A stretch of 64,000 nt of DNA from Octopus sinensis (taxonomy: Eukaryota), in assembly GCF_006345805.1 (NCBI RefSeq), contig NC_043001.1:80104001-80168000 (forward strand). The letters run 5' to 3'. A program made the translations under genes and the position numbers. The notes beneath the pieces are model-generated. The model did no database searches. It worked only from the letters and a program-made list of their open reading frames with translations, and was not told where the DNA came from. Below, one piece after another: positions 12,583 through 27,121 of this stretch; the first letter of the stretch is position 1, and every line of letters begins with the position of its first letter.

Positions 12583-13764
12583 TTAGGTTGTTTCACATGA
12601 AATGTCATGTCTGAAAGGTAACAATAAAGCGTTTCAGAACTGATTTATTTAACTGATCCATGTTCATTTATGACGTTTACCCAACCTTTCTTTACGTCAT
12701 ATATTTCATCGTTAAAAAAAATTCCTCTTATTCTCTGATAAAGTGTCAGAATGCTTCAATTGCCTCTTCACTATTTAAGAATGTTTTATTGCTTATGAAA
12801 AGCTCAAAATCCTTAAAGAAGTGATCATCATTAGGAGAGATACCAGGGGAATAGGGAGGATGTTGCAAAATCTCATAATTTAGGCTTTGCAACTTTTGGG
12901 CCGTAGCCTGAGTAGTGTGATGATGTGCATTGTCGTTGAGCAAAATTTGGCCAACTCTATTCACTAGTCTGGATTGCTTCTTTTCCTATTCTCATGCATA
13001 CAATCAATTTCCTGGCAATACGATGTTGCTGTTACCGTTTTTCCTTGTTTCAAAAATGAATAATGAATAACATTTTAGGGTGCAATGTTGGGTTTGGGTG
13101 GTGTTTGGGTGACTCTCCTGCATATAATCACTGTTTTGTTCTCCTGCTGTCGTCAAAGAGTATTCATTTCTCATCACAAACTGGTCGTTTTCCAATCGCG
13201 AAAGCAATAAGGAGCACACTTCAAGGCGTCTGTTTTTTTCTTTTTTCTTTTTTTTTTTCAATCTCGTTCAGTTGATGTGAAACAAACCTGTCCGTTTTCT
13301 TGACTTTTCCAGTGTTTTACAGGTGTCCAAAAACAGTTGTGCGGGACGTTTGGAGTTCTGATCAAAGTTTTCGAGCCTTTGTTCTCGGATTTTGTTAAAC
13401 CAAAGCATTTAATCCATCATGCCAAATAACTGATTTTGGCCTACTTCTTGGTTTATTTTCAAGACTATCATCTCCTGAACGAGAGCTTTGTTGCTACCTC
13501 TGAACAGCTCTGATGTCAACAAACCATTACTAAAGGCCCGCTTGATATTCTGTAGAATATCTGCGAGTGACAATGCTTGTACTCATGCGAAAAAAATCAT
13601 TCAAAGTAGTTTGGTTGTTATCATTTTCATGAGGCCTATGGGTACTAATTTTGCATAGCAGTTTTGTTGGGAAAGAAAAAGAGTTAAGATTAAATGCAAG
13701 GTATACATAATTGAGTTTTTAAATGACTGAAATAACAAGTAATTTAAAATGTGAAACTACCTAA
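12583..13764 (-). mobile_element. Full-length degenerate mariner (DD34D) transposon
   Basis: TIRs ttaggttgtttcacat (12583) and atgtgaaactacctaa (13749-13764), each flanked by TA. Minus-strand remnants FVSHQL (WVPHEL), RRLEVCSLLL, NDNAHHHT and HPPYSPGISPND. Confidence 0.92.
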
Positions 13765-14275
13765 TATATGTCTGTGTGTGTATACATATATATCTAAATA
13801 TATATATGTGTATGTGTGTGAGTGTATATACATATGTATATATATGTGTGAGTGAGAGTATGTATGTATGTATGTATATATATATATATATATCGGTTTT
13901 GGACAAGAGGGGTTCAGCTTTTTGTAATGTACAAATATGTTAACATTTAAACTCATAAGATTAAATCATACTACAACTTATGAAATTTATGAAGTATATA
14001 TAAAATATGCCTATGGACACAGAAACACACGTATGCACACATTCGCATATAGCCACAATTATACACAAACACAGGTCCAAACGTAGATGCAGTTTTCTCA
14101 GTTCTAGGGTTGTGCCCAGCTTAGTTTACATATCATAATGTTACAAGAGAACAAGCTGACATTTCATGGAATGATGTTTATCGGATTATTACCGAAGTCA
14201 CAGCAGGACTTGTAACTCCTATTTTAATAAGTCATGTCCCATTAATTGATGTCATGTATCTCTCTCTCTCTTTTA

Positions 14276-14320
<45 letters not shown>

Positions 14321-14478
14321 GCTCTATCTCTCTCTGTGCCTCTGTGTCTCAGCTTCTCCCACACTCTCACGCTTTATGGTACATATATATATACGCCAAC
14401 GCGGGTGCACCCCCTCCCTCACATGTATTACATATATGTACATATATATGTGTGTGTGAGCGTGAGGATATATATATT

Positions 14479-14512
<34 letters not shown>

Positions 14513-14984
14513 ATATATAAAACATTAAAAGTCAGATTGAATCTTGCTTGCTTGCAATATTACCTAGACAAACTGGCGCATAATGGGAAAATGCTATGAC
14601 TTAACTCCCCACTGAAATGTAAATACGAACGAAGTGAAACAAATTTTGCGTAAATCGGATAAGTGGTTGTGAAGATATTAAGGTTTTTCAGGGTATAAAT
14701 ACCCAAAACGATGCATAATGGGAAAAGTCTCCGAAATTAACTTAATCCTGAAGGGAAGTAACTCTTACCTTTCGATTAGACTAACTTGACAACGAAAAAA
14801 TACAGTTTGTTTCCTTACAGTAAATAATCATTTAGAAACATTTTTAATTGAATGTGATTTCAAAAAATTTAGCCTTCTTTAAACAGACAATATTTTAATA
14901 TTTTTAAAAATTATTTTCAAGTGAATAATAAGATTGCAAAAAATTTTTTGGCTTAAATATTTCGTAAAAGACCTGTTCGTAACA

Positions 14985-15184
14985 TCGGTATGAAAGAGTA
15001 GCAAGAGATTCCGAAGTCATCTGAAAGCTGTGGTTGAAGCCAATGGCTATTTTATTGAATAAATTTACTTTTAGTATTTGAAGATGTTTTCATGTAATTT
15101 TGGTAAATATATCTATTAAAATGAGATGTCAGTGTTATTTTCAGTTTCCCGTAATTTAGACGACAGTTTATTCACTGCACCCAG
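14985..15184 (+). mobile_element. 3' end of a Tc1/mariner element
   Basis: RFRSHLKAVVEANGYFIE* at 15006-15062, then a terminus ending cacccag-TA. Confidence 0.7.
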
Positions 15185-15190
15185 TATGTA

Positions 15191-15370
15191 TTGGGTCATC
15201 CCATAAATAATGCAGTTTTTCCAATTGCATGAACTAAAAGTTGGACGAGGAGGGGATAAACTATCTGCATCAACTTACTATAAAAGCAGGTAGTAATTTT
15301 AGTTTGTACGTTTTGAAGAGTGCAGTATTATAAAATTTGTTAAAATGAAAGCGGTCTTAGAAATAACAGC
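15191..15370 (+). mobile_element. 5' end of a second mariner-like element
   Basis: TA-ttgggtcatcccataaataatgc TIR-like start, then tataaaa and ...ttgttaaaATG typical of mariner leaders. Confidence 0.55.
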
Positions 15371-15550
15371 AATAAAACAAGCGAAAAGAAAGTTCATTAT
15401 TTAGTTTAGCAATAGATGCCGCTGACGTACTGTGTGCAAGCGCCAAATACCTCAGTTCGTTCTTTGTAACTCTGTGTCGTTTGCGCTGCCGTCACGTGTG
15501 GTATGTGTATCTCTTGCTCAGCGTGATTACTGATTTAATTGTGTTAGATC

Positions 15551-17145
15551 ATGAATACGAGGGGTTGTGTGAATCACCCAAATAACTTTTGTTATACCAG
15601 TGGAAAATTTGCTCTGCGTGACAAGCAGAAGAACATTGCATTCCTGTAGGTCATGTTGTCGGTATGAAAGAATCTTATGAATCGATGGAACTCATTTTGC
15701 AAGGAGTTAATTACTCAGTTCATAAGTGGAATATTTGTGGTGATTTAAAGGTGATTTCCCTCCTTCGAGGACTGCAACTGGGGATACCAAAATCAAAAAC
15801 TGCCTATAAATATTATTTCGGGTATTAAGTTGGGGACCGAGACAAGACGCGGGCGTTTCATATATACTGCACCGTGTGTCACTTAGGGCTTACACAGTGG
15901 CTGAATGGAAAACAGAAGGAAATGCCTTTTGCTGTACCAATGATATAGCTTGAGCCAACCAAACATATCTCTGAATGTTAGTTTTGTGTGACTAATACTA
16001 ATAGTTTCTCAAAGAAAACCAAAGCAAAACTTGTCTATGCAGATTGTAAGTCGGCTCTAAAGCCGGTTCCACATGACTTCGGGAACCCTGTCCCAGTTCC
16101 TCTCTCACATGATTGACTTGAAGACCTTGACACGTCGCACGATTAGATCGACGAAAAGTACGTAGTTGATTTTAAGAAAAATGAGCGACACTTGTTTAAT
16201 CAAGAAGATTTGAACGATTTAGTAAGACATCTGGCATTGTCAAAAGAAGAAAGTAGAAGTTTTGGGATCCAGACTGCAGTAACGGAATCTCCTACAGCAA
16301 GGTGCGACAATTTCCTTTTTCCTTTCTCGCCATGAAGGTTTATCTGTCTTTTTCAAGTAAGAAAATAATGCTTGTTTCTGTACTGACGTTAATGCACTCA
16401 TGCAAAAACTAGGGTATGAGCATGAGGCTAACGAATAGAGATTGTTTATAGACTCGAGTAAGGTTAGCCTCAAAGCTGTGTTGTTACATAATGGTAATGA
16501 AAACCTTCCATTCTTGTGTATCATGTTGTCGGTATGGAAGAAACTTATGGACCGATGGAACTCATTCTACAAGGTTTTAATTACTCAGTTCATAAGTGGA
16601 ATATTTGTGGTGATTTAATGCTGATTTCCCTCCTCCTAGGACTGCAGCGGGGATATACCAAAAACGTGTGCTTCAAGTGTGTTTGGAACAGCCGCGAAGA
16701 CAGCAATTATTACGCTGTACAAGACTGGCCTAAAAGAGATGAGCGCATAGTTGGTCAATACAATGTGCAGCATATGCCACTGGTAGACTAACAGACGATC
16801 TTCCTTCCACCCCTTCACATCAAACTCGGCCTTATGAAAAACTTCATAGAAGCAATGATACACGATGGTTGTGGCTTATAGTACCTAAAAGTAAAATTTC
16901 GTGCAGAGAAAAGTGACACAAAACTGAAACAGACATTTTCATTGGACCCGGGATCAGAGAAATGATGTCTGATAGCAAATTCAGAGGTAAACGGATCCAG
17001 GTGACAGCATGGGATTCATTCGTGTTAGTTGTACTGAACTTTCTTGGAAATCAAAGGGCTGAAAACTATGATGATTTAATAAACAACATGCTGACAGCGT
17101 ATGAAAGAATGTGATGCGGAATGTCCATTAAAATGCACTTCTTGT
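15551..17145 (+). pseudogene. Chapaev (CMC, Chapaev3-like) transposase pseudogene, 3' truncated
   Basis: MNTRGCVNHPNNFCY, YFGYKLGDRDK, PFAVPMI*LEPTKH..C*FC, FNQEDLNDLVR, RLFIDSSKVSLKAVLLHNGN, WNICGDL, GYTK.CF.C.W.SR, LPPLHIKLGLMKNF, NFLGN, MSIKMHFL; multiple stops. Confidence 0.92.
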
Positions 17146-17166
17146 ATTTCTTATTTAATCGACACT

Positions 17167-17304
17167 AATTTTCAAATTACTGGAGTCCTTTGATCTACTC
17201 ATTGCGGCATATAACTGGTCGTGTGTAAACTTCGGAATGGGTTAAAATACACCTATACGAACTAAAGTCTGTCCCTGTGCCTTGTTTGCTGTGAATGCGA
17301 GAGC
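17167..17304 (-). pseudogene. Helitron Pif1-type helicase C-terminal fragment
   Basis: ALAFTANKAQGQTLVRIGVF*PIPKFTHDQLYAAMSRSKDSSNLKI matches the helicase motif V/VI pattern AFAxTINKxQGQT..VFxHGQLYVAxSR. Confidence 0.85.
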
Positions 17305-18463
17305 GGAATCTTTAGGGTTACAAAAAAAAAAGAAAACTAAGACTTACCTCTCCCTGTTCTATGCGAATAATGTCTGGATGTTCTGGTACAATGGGTTATT
17401 TTGATTGAAAAAACTGAGATGTAAACAACAGCCGCTTCGATTAGCCGTTTCGAATCCTGCTCGAGACTGACACACTTCAATATCCACTAAGTAATCACAC
17501 GCTATATACCAACACACACTTTTTCCATTTTATTTTCGCTATTAAATGTCCCCGCGACCCCCTTCGTATCTACTATAGGACCACAAAATATACGATGAAA
17601 ATCCAGAGTTACTCGTGGTCCACAAAGTAATCGATATCCACAAAATAATCATGCTTTCTGATATTTTAAATGCTTAAAACCTTCCTGTCGACCGTCTTTG
17701 TAATCCCGAAAAATATCGTAACCAATCATATTTGTGCGACATGGTGATACCATATCAAGATAAAAAAGCACAGGTTCTTGCAGGTGGGGACCAGTTGGAA
17801 TTTTCTTCAGGTCGAGTAGCCCATCCTGCTCCAAAGATTGATCCATTCGACTTGAAATTGCTGGCCTTGAGCCAAAATTTGAAACTATTTTCATTACTAG
17901 TGTCAGGGCACCGAGCTGGCAGAAGCATTAAAAATGCTTAGCGGCATTTCAATAAAATAATATTAGCAAGGCCAAAAAAATAAAAACCAATGGGGCACCG
18001 GGGATGATGTAATCGACATGCCCCTCGCCCGAAATTGTTGACCTTATGCCTGCATTTGAAACCATTATGAATATTATTATTATGAATTGGGTAGATATGT
18101 AATATAAGTTAATGAATTGGGTATCTCAAAATATATATAGTCACTTACATGCATGCATCTTCACTTGCGTATATATACGCTGTGCACAGAAATTTCGCAC
18201 AGGCCATTAGATTATTTAAACGAGCAGAACTTTCGTCCGCTGAGAATTTTCCTTCTCTCGTTCTTTCTCACACATATATCTTACTCCATCTTTCTTTCTG
18301 TACACACGCATGCACACACACAATCACGCACAAACACACACACACACATATTCATTAACATGTACATACATACGTACATACATACATACGTATATACACA
18401 TATATGATCAAAAACACACGCTGACAGAGTGATATATAAACATTCAAAACTATTATTCATACA

Positions 18464-18563
18464 NNNNNNNNNNNNNNNNNNNNNNNNNNNNNNNNNNNNN
18501 NNNNNNNNNNNNNNNNNNNNNNNNNNNNNNNNNNNNNNNNNNNNNNNNNNNNNNNNNNNNNNN
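18464..18563. other. Assembly gap (100 N)
   Basis: Run of N. Confidence 1.
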
Positions 18564-18668
18564 ACACAGCAGATGGTAACACATAGTTGCGTGCGCAGTT
18601 ACAGCTAGCAGTAAATATTCACGAGGCGGTGTGCCGAGTGACATCGCTGTGCTTACACCTTATATTCT

Positions 18669-18889
18669 TTTACTCTTTTATTTGTTTCAGTCGTGTGACT
18701 GTGGCCATGCTGGAGCGACCCCAGTACTTATTCTTTGTAAGCCTAGTGCTTATTCTACCGGTCTCTTTTGCCGAACCGCTAAGCTACGAGGAGGTAAACA
18801 CACCAGTTGTCAAGCGATGTTGGGGGGACAACACAGACACACAAAAATACACACACACACACACACACACACACACCCCCACACATATA

Positions 18890-18935
<46 letters not shown>

Positions 18936-18946
18936 TATTATATATA

Positions 18947-18977
<31 letters not shown>

Positions 18978-19143
18978 CAACAGACTTCTTCAGTTTCCCT
19001 CTACCAAATCCACTCACAAGGCTTTGGTCGGCCCAAGGCTATAGTAGAAGGCACTTGCCCAAGGTGCAACGCAGTGGGACTGAACTCGGAACCATGTTGA
19101 TCGTAAGCAAGCTACTTACCACGCAACCACTCCTGCGCCTATA
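18669..19143 (-). mobile_element. Full-length SINE family A with internal microsatellite
   Basis: Head ataggcgcaggagtggttgcgtggtaagtagcttgctt, ccttgggcaagtg core, internal (TA)n/(TG)n, tail gtcacacgactgaaacaaataaaagagt. Confidence 0.9.
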
Positions 19144-19299
19144 AAATTTGTTTTTGTAATCTCGTAACGACATGAGATGAAGTGTTTTCCTCAACAACAC
19201 AATGCAACCCCCATTCTACGAAATTAAAGCCACGATCTCGTGATCGTGAATGCAAGCACCCTGAACATAAGCCATGTATACTCACAGTGTATATATATA

Positions 19300-19535
19300 T
19301 ATGTATTCTTTCTTTTACCCACTTCGGTCATGAATCACCATGGAATTGCACTTAGAAAGTTTCCCTATGAGGCACAAATCCGAGCAGAGTTGATTATAGA
19401 ATATCAATCTCCCCTCTCCATGCCACCGTTGTTATCCAAGGGAAAGGCAAAGGCCGATACGGCCAATCCCGGTCCGGGAATCGAACTCACTGTTTCATTA
19501 TTGTGAGCCCGACGCTCTAATCACTGGGCCATGCG
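19300..19535 (-). mobile_element. tRNA-derived SINE family C
   Basis: Minus strand gagcgcatggcccagtgattagagcg (A box) and gagttcgattccc (B box). Related copies at about 43940-44262(-) and 50100-50382(-). Confidence 0.75.
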
Positions 19536-19579
19536 CTCTCATGTCTGTGCGTATGTCTGTGTGTATGTGTATGTATGTG

Positions 19580-19634
<55 letters not shown>

Positions 19635-19688
19635 CATACATACATACATACATAAATACATATATATATATACATATATATAGATATA

Positions 19689-19719
<31 letters not shown>

Positions 19720-19995
19720 TATAATATATATAGAGTGTGTGTGTGTGTGGCAACTGCTAATGATTCGAGTAAATGTGCTAAGTATTATGGTTATGCATAT
19801 TAATTCATTTATATCAATCGATGTTACTCTGGAGTTTCCCCGCTTGGATTTTTGTCCATTCTTCAAGCAATTTTTCTTCCGTTTTGCTTTTTCTTTGTCT
19901 TGTTTTATTTCGTTTTGCCTTTTTTCCCCCATGACAGACTAGTCACAGATCCAAAGAGCAACAGGCTCCTGAATCGGCGTAAATGAAATTCACGC

Positions 19996-20026
<31 letters not shown>

Positions 20027-21132
20027 AACACACACACATACACACACACACACACACATACACACACACTCACACATATACACATACACTGAGCAAATCA
20101 GAAAGAAAGTGAATACACATGATACATACTCAACGCACATTACAAAGAGAGAGAGAGATAGACAGACAGACACAAAGACAGAGAAAGAGGGGGACATAGA
20201 GCCGTGCAGAGAGAGAGAAAGAGAGCAACTGAAATAAAGAGAGAGAGACACAGAGCCCGAGAGAGATAGTCAGCGAGGAAGACCTACCTAGCGTAGGCTA
20301 GCTTTAATATTTCGTGTTCACTGGTGCTTGGTATTAGACAGGATTACTTAAAAAGGATAACTGACCAGTTCCGTATGAATTGATTGGGGCATCCCTTATT
20401 GAATTACTTCACCAATCAATTAGCTTTCATAACAGCATGTTCTTGTACAGGGCTGACTAATATAGATCACATGATCCTTGTTCATTTTCCCTTTTGCCGT
20501 GTAGAGACTATTTTTGAAGGGGGTCGTGAGCTATCTGGCATGAAGTAATAATGTTGAAGTTATGGTGGGGGTGATGGCATTGTTGTTGTTGTTGTTCTTG
20601 CTTGTGGTGGTGGCAGTGATGGTGGTGGTGGTGGTGGTGGTGGTGGTGGTGGTGGTGGAGACAACGTTTGAGATGGCAGCAGTGTCGGTGATGGTGGTAG
20701 TGGTCGTGGAATGGTGGTTGTAGTAGTGGTTGTGGTTTTGGTGATGGTTGTGGTGGTGGCGGTTGTGGCGGTGGTGGTGGTGGATATGGTGGTCGGGGTG
20801 GGGTGGTAGTGGTAGTGGTGATTGTGGTGGTGGTGGTGATGGTGGCGGTAGGTAGGGGAAGTAATGATGGTGGTTGTTGTGGTTTTGGTGGTGGTTTGGT
20901 GGTGGGATGGTTCTGGTGGTGTGGTACTGGTGGTGGTGATTTTGGTGGTACTTGTGGTGTTTGTTGTATAGCTGGTCGTATTGGTGGTGATGATGGTGAT
21001 AACAAAAGTCATAACAAATATATATGTATGGTAATTTTAACCGGTGATACTGGTGTGGTGGTGTGTAGGTTGTAGTGGCATGCGTAAGGGGACAATCGCA
21101 ACAATATTAATTGTATGCAAATCTACATACAT

Positions 21133-21164
<32 letters not shown>

Positions 21165-22369
21165 GCCCATATTTCTTCATAAGTTTGATCCTTTGTGTGA
21201 GCGCGTGTGTGTGTGTGTGTGTAGTCGTAGGTTGATTATGGTTGAAAAAATTACGAAATGTCAACAAATGGAAAGACGTCACCAGAAAGCTACTTAACCA
21301 TAACTAATCCGACGCTAAAATACAATATTACGAACTACAAAACATTGATGACGCCTGCATAAGTAACAACACCATTATTTTCAGTATCAGCTAATGCGCG
21401 CGCGCGTGTGTGATTGTTTCTCCTCTCCCGATAGCTTCACAACTGAGATTTGTTTGTTTACGTCCGCATTCTCTAGTGAATCGGCAAGAAAAGACCAATA
21501 TAATTAGTACCAAACTTCAAATATAAGTACTGGTGCCGGTGTGCTCGATCTAAATACCACCAAGACGGTACATCATCATGGCTGCAGTCTAATGACTTCC
21601 AAGTCAAATGTAGTAGTATTCGATGTTCTAACATGACATCCATATCAAGTTAGATATAAAAATTGCCTCTTTTCACTAATACTGCTTCCGTCGCTAATAC
21701 CTATTTTATAGATACGTATGTGCGTGCGCGCGCCTCTGTGTGCATCTACATCTATCTATATATACATATATACATACATGTATGTACGTATGCATACTTG
21801 TATGTTTGTATGTATGTTTGCTCTCTTTCATTCTTAAATTTTTGAAAGCTACCTATAAGTAAGAGGGTAGTTTCTAATAAAGATACTAAACTGCATCGTT
21901 GGAATCTTGGTGACAAAAACAATGTCACATTTTAAACTTGAGAATATATTTGCATACTTTTACTGCTCCACTTACAAATTGTATTTGTAATGAGCAAAGT
22001 AGCTGGTTGAATTTCTTTTGTATGAGATCTGTAGCTCATCATGATTATCACTTAGTAATCAACTCACATATCTAAGTGCACCAATAGTATAATTATAAAT
22101 TCATAATCTGATCATAGAAGGCTTCAAAGCACTTGTCGGTAGTTATCTTCTTACTCTTTGATTTTCGAAGAGATCACTGTATACATGAATTTATTTATTG
22201 AGCTTCGTTACACACTTCTTTGTTTGTTGATATATTGCTTTATATTTCTACGCTTCTTAAGTACGTAATTTTGCATGTCTAATATCTTGCGTTTGCGTCA
22301 TTTTTGCCCTAAGTTTTATTCGTGTTACTTCTGTAGTTTATACCTATACCTGCCATGGGCGCACACATA

Positions 22370-23200
<831 letters not shown>

Positions 23201-23321
23201 AAGGAATTACCATCATCAGAGAACAAACAAAGCGGAGATGGCGAATTTTTAGCATGAAGGAAAGAAATAGGAAGAGGATAAAACGATGGCTATAAAAGAT
23301 AGTGGGAGGGAGGAAAAGAGC

Positions 23322-23361
<40 letters not shown>

Positions 23362-23479
23362 GGAAAAGAGGGAAGATTGCGAATGTGAAGGTCAAGGTTT
23401 CAATAGGCAATCGTTGCTCTCCAGACACAAAAAGACTATCGCTATGATTATTATTATTGTTGTTGTTGTTGGTGTTCTT

Positions 23480-23510
<31 letters not shown>

Positions 23511-23532
23511 TTATTATTATTATTATTATTAA

Positions 23533-23593
<61 letters not shown>

Positions 23594-24464
23594 ATTTCTT
23601 CCTGGTCCACAGAGATTGTGACATTTTTATTCCCCGTCCAAAGTGAAGTGTTAACATTTATAGGTTGACTAGAATAATTAATACTTGCTAACACTTGCAT
23701 CATGATAAAGATGGTGATGAAGATGAGGAGGAAGAGGAGGATGGACAATGAGAAGGAGGGGAAAGAAAAGGTTCATATAAATAACAATGATGATGATAAG
23801 GAGGAAGAGAAGTACGACGGCGTCGACGACGACGACGTCGGTTATAATGATGGTGGTGAGGATGGTGATGTTGGTAATGGTGGTAGTCGTGATGATGAAG
23901 AAGGCAACGACAATGATGACGAGGATAATGATTGTGGTGGTGGTTGTGGTGACGGTAGTGGTGACTCTGGTTTGGGAGGTGATGTTGGTAGTGCTGGTGT
24001 TGCATCTGATGATCTTAGTGGTGGTGTTGGAAGTGGTGGCGGTGGTGATTGTTTTAGTAGTGGTGATGGTGGAAGTGATGGTGTTGATGGTTGTTACAGT
24101 AGTGGTACGCGTGAATTTCGTGGTTGTGGTGGTGGTGGTGGCAAGGGTGGTGGTGGTGGCAAGGGTGGTGGTGGCAAGGGTGGTGGTGGTGGCAAGGGTG
24201 GTGGTGGTGGCGGCGGTGGTGGCAGCGATGGAGATGGCACCTGTATCAGTGATGGTGGTGGTGAAATTGTGATTGGGCTGGTGATGGTGGTGGTGGAATT
24301 GTGGTTGGGCTGGTGGTGGTGGTGGTGATGGTGGTGGTGATGATGGTGGTGGTGATGATGGTAGTGGTGATGGTGGTGATGGTGGTGGCTTGAAAATTGA
24401 GAGATGTACCTCGTTTAATATGAAAACAGTGGTTGCCTGCTCAACCTACAAATAAAGAATACTT

Positions 24465-24507
<43 letters not shown>

Positions 24508-25163
24508 AACTTAAAAGGCCTCCGCACACTTTCCATTTAGCAAATTCACTCTCTAGGCATTGTCCTGGACCTGGCCTTTTGTAGGATGCACTTGCCGAAA
24601 GCGTCACGAGGGCAGTGCAATCGAGCACTAAGTCATATGCTGTATGTCAATAATTTTCTTTGCTAGTAGGTCTGACGAAACAAGCTATTTACACATTATT
24701 ACATATAATACGTATCGAAGAAATCTCCACGCCTCTAATATATAGAATACATAACAGTTTAAGCCTTAGTTAGGTGACACATGGGCACATGCTCTGGGTG
24801 CATTGCATCTCATTGCAGAAGTAGTTGTAATATAACGCAGTTGATAACTTAATTCCTGTTCTTTTGTCATTCAATAATTAATATTATGTCCTGTACATGC
24901 CCAACGCACCGCCGAAATCGACTTTGCCTTTCATCGTTTCGGGGTCAATAAATTAAGTACCAGTTGCACACTGGGGTCGATCTTATCGACTGGGCCCCTC
25001 ATCCAAAACTTCTGGCCTTGAGCCTAGAGTAGAAAAGATTCTAAAGCATATATACACATTGAGCCGAAACAACTGGTTATTAGTATCGGTGTGGCTAAGC
25101 AAAACTATAACATATGTGTGTGCGTGTGCATGTGTATATGTATATATTTTATATATATATATA

Positions 25164-25228
<65 letters not shown>

Positions 25229-25240
25229 ATATATAATTTA

Positions 25241-25469
25241 AAGGACTGACCACTAAAAGTGGACGGTCATGCTGATGAGCTTGCAGATTTTCGCGTATAC
25301 ATATACGTGAATATTAACAAGTGAAACTGATCGGTACATAGGTAATCGTTTTTGATTTCATATATTTTCATTTGTCTTACTTACTTACTTTTTACATGCT
25401 TCGTGGAAAGTAGCGATTTTGACGTCCATATCTAGCATATTGACCGTCCACTTTTAATGGTCAGCCCTG
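25241..25469. mobile_element. 229-bp element with 29-bp terminal inverted repeats and TA flanks (MITE-like, or Penelope-type inverted terminus)
   Basis: aaggactgaccactaaaagtggacggtca (25241-25269) vs tgaccgtccacttttaatggtcagccctg (25441-25469), 3 mismatches. Confidence 0.85.
25269..25339 (+). ncRNA. Type I hammerhead ribozyme candidate with a long stem II hairpin
   Basis: atg-CTGATGA-gcttg...ttcgcgtata(ca)tatacgtgaa...caagt-GAAA-ctgatcgGTA-cat; canonical core, predicted cut after 25336. Confidence 0.72.
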
Positions 25470-26015
25470 TAAATTTTATATGTAAAAAATATTTAATCTT
25501 CGGATTTTTTAATATGCTACGCCACTGGTTTTAATTGATTAACATCAATTTCTACCCTTATTCAATTTTATATATATTATATATAATATATATATATATA
25601 TATACATATATGTGTGTGTGTATACCTACATACACATATACATACATATATACAAAACAGATAGATAGACAAACAGACAGACAAACAACAGGCAGATGCA
25701 GATAAATAGATAGAAAGACAGACAGACAGACAGACAGATACATAGATACATACATAGATGGATAGATAGATAACAAGGTAGATAGATAGATATGTGCATT
25801 TTGAGAAAAATGTGACATTCAGAAAAAAATAATAATTGACGGTTACTCATGCGACAAACTGCAGTTGCCAGAATACAATTTAATATATATATATAAACAA
25901 TATACTCTCTAACGTGTGTTGAGACCTTACATTTCCATTCATTTGCAAAACGTAACGACTGATTATGATGTACATCAACAAGTATATGTGTGTGTGTGAG
26001 CGCGTATATGAATGC

Positions 26016-26068
<53 letters not shown>

Positions 26069-26131
26069 TATATGTGTGTGTGTGGTGTGTGTGTGTGTGT
26101 GTGTGTGTGGGTGTGGGGGGGTGGTGGTGTG

Positions 26132-26206
<75 letters not shown>

Positions 26207-26901
26207 TATTTATGTATGTATATATATATATGTGTGTTTATATAAGCACATAAACGTATACAGTGCGAATTGTGTAGTCAAATATGAACATATGAACATA
26301 TTTCTCATTCATTTACCTATTTCTCAATTTCTTACTACGTGAAAGTATGCATGTGTACACACACACATGCGTGCTTACACACACACATTTATATATATGT
26401 TTATATATGTACGCATATATTTTGTAGATGCATGTATACACAAGCACACACATACACACGCCTGTCTATCTATCTTTATAGATACATACAAACATACGTA
26501 CGTACGTACCTATGTACAGATACGCATACATACATACATACATACATACATGCATACATATATACATACATACATACATACATACATACCTACATACATA
26601 CATACATACATACATACATACATACATGCATGTATATATACGTTCGTAGTCCACAGAACTGCAGGTTCGCATTTTTTTTGATGTAACGTAAAAAAATATT
26701 GAGATAAACAAAAAGATTTATAAAAAGAACAAACGAAAATCACACCACACATACACATGCACAGACGCGCATATCACACACACAACATACAGAAATCATT
26801 ACACATACTTTAAAAGAGCACACGAATGAAATTATAAAAATACATAAAATAAAAATGTAAACCAAATAATAATAATAATGATGATGATAATAATAATAAC
26901 G

Positions 26902-26990
<89 letters not shown>

Positions 26991-27013
26991 GATAATAAGA
27001 ATAATAATAAAAA

Positions 27014-27064
<51 letters not shown>

Positions 27065-27081
27065 TAATAATAATAATAATA

Positions 27082-27121
<40 letters not shown>

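Noticed and set aside
18587-19144. ORFs resembling secreted neuropeptide or toxin precursors (hydrophobic stretch + AEPLSYEEVNTPVVKR; also 7532-8094 and 37875-38123)
   Set aside because: The peptide is the antisense translation of the SINE-A 3' half and recurs wherever the SINE does.
20374-20431. Possible pre-miRNA hairpin (aattgattgg/ccaatcaatt)
   Set aside because: Only 10 contiguous pairs with a 24-nt loop, and no known mature miRNA recognised.
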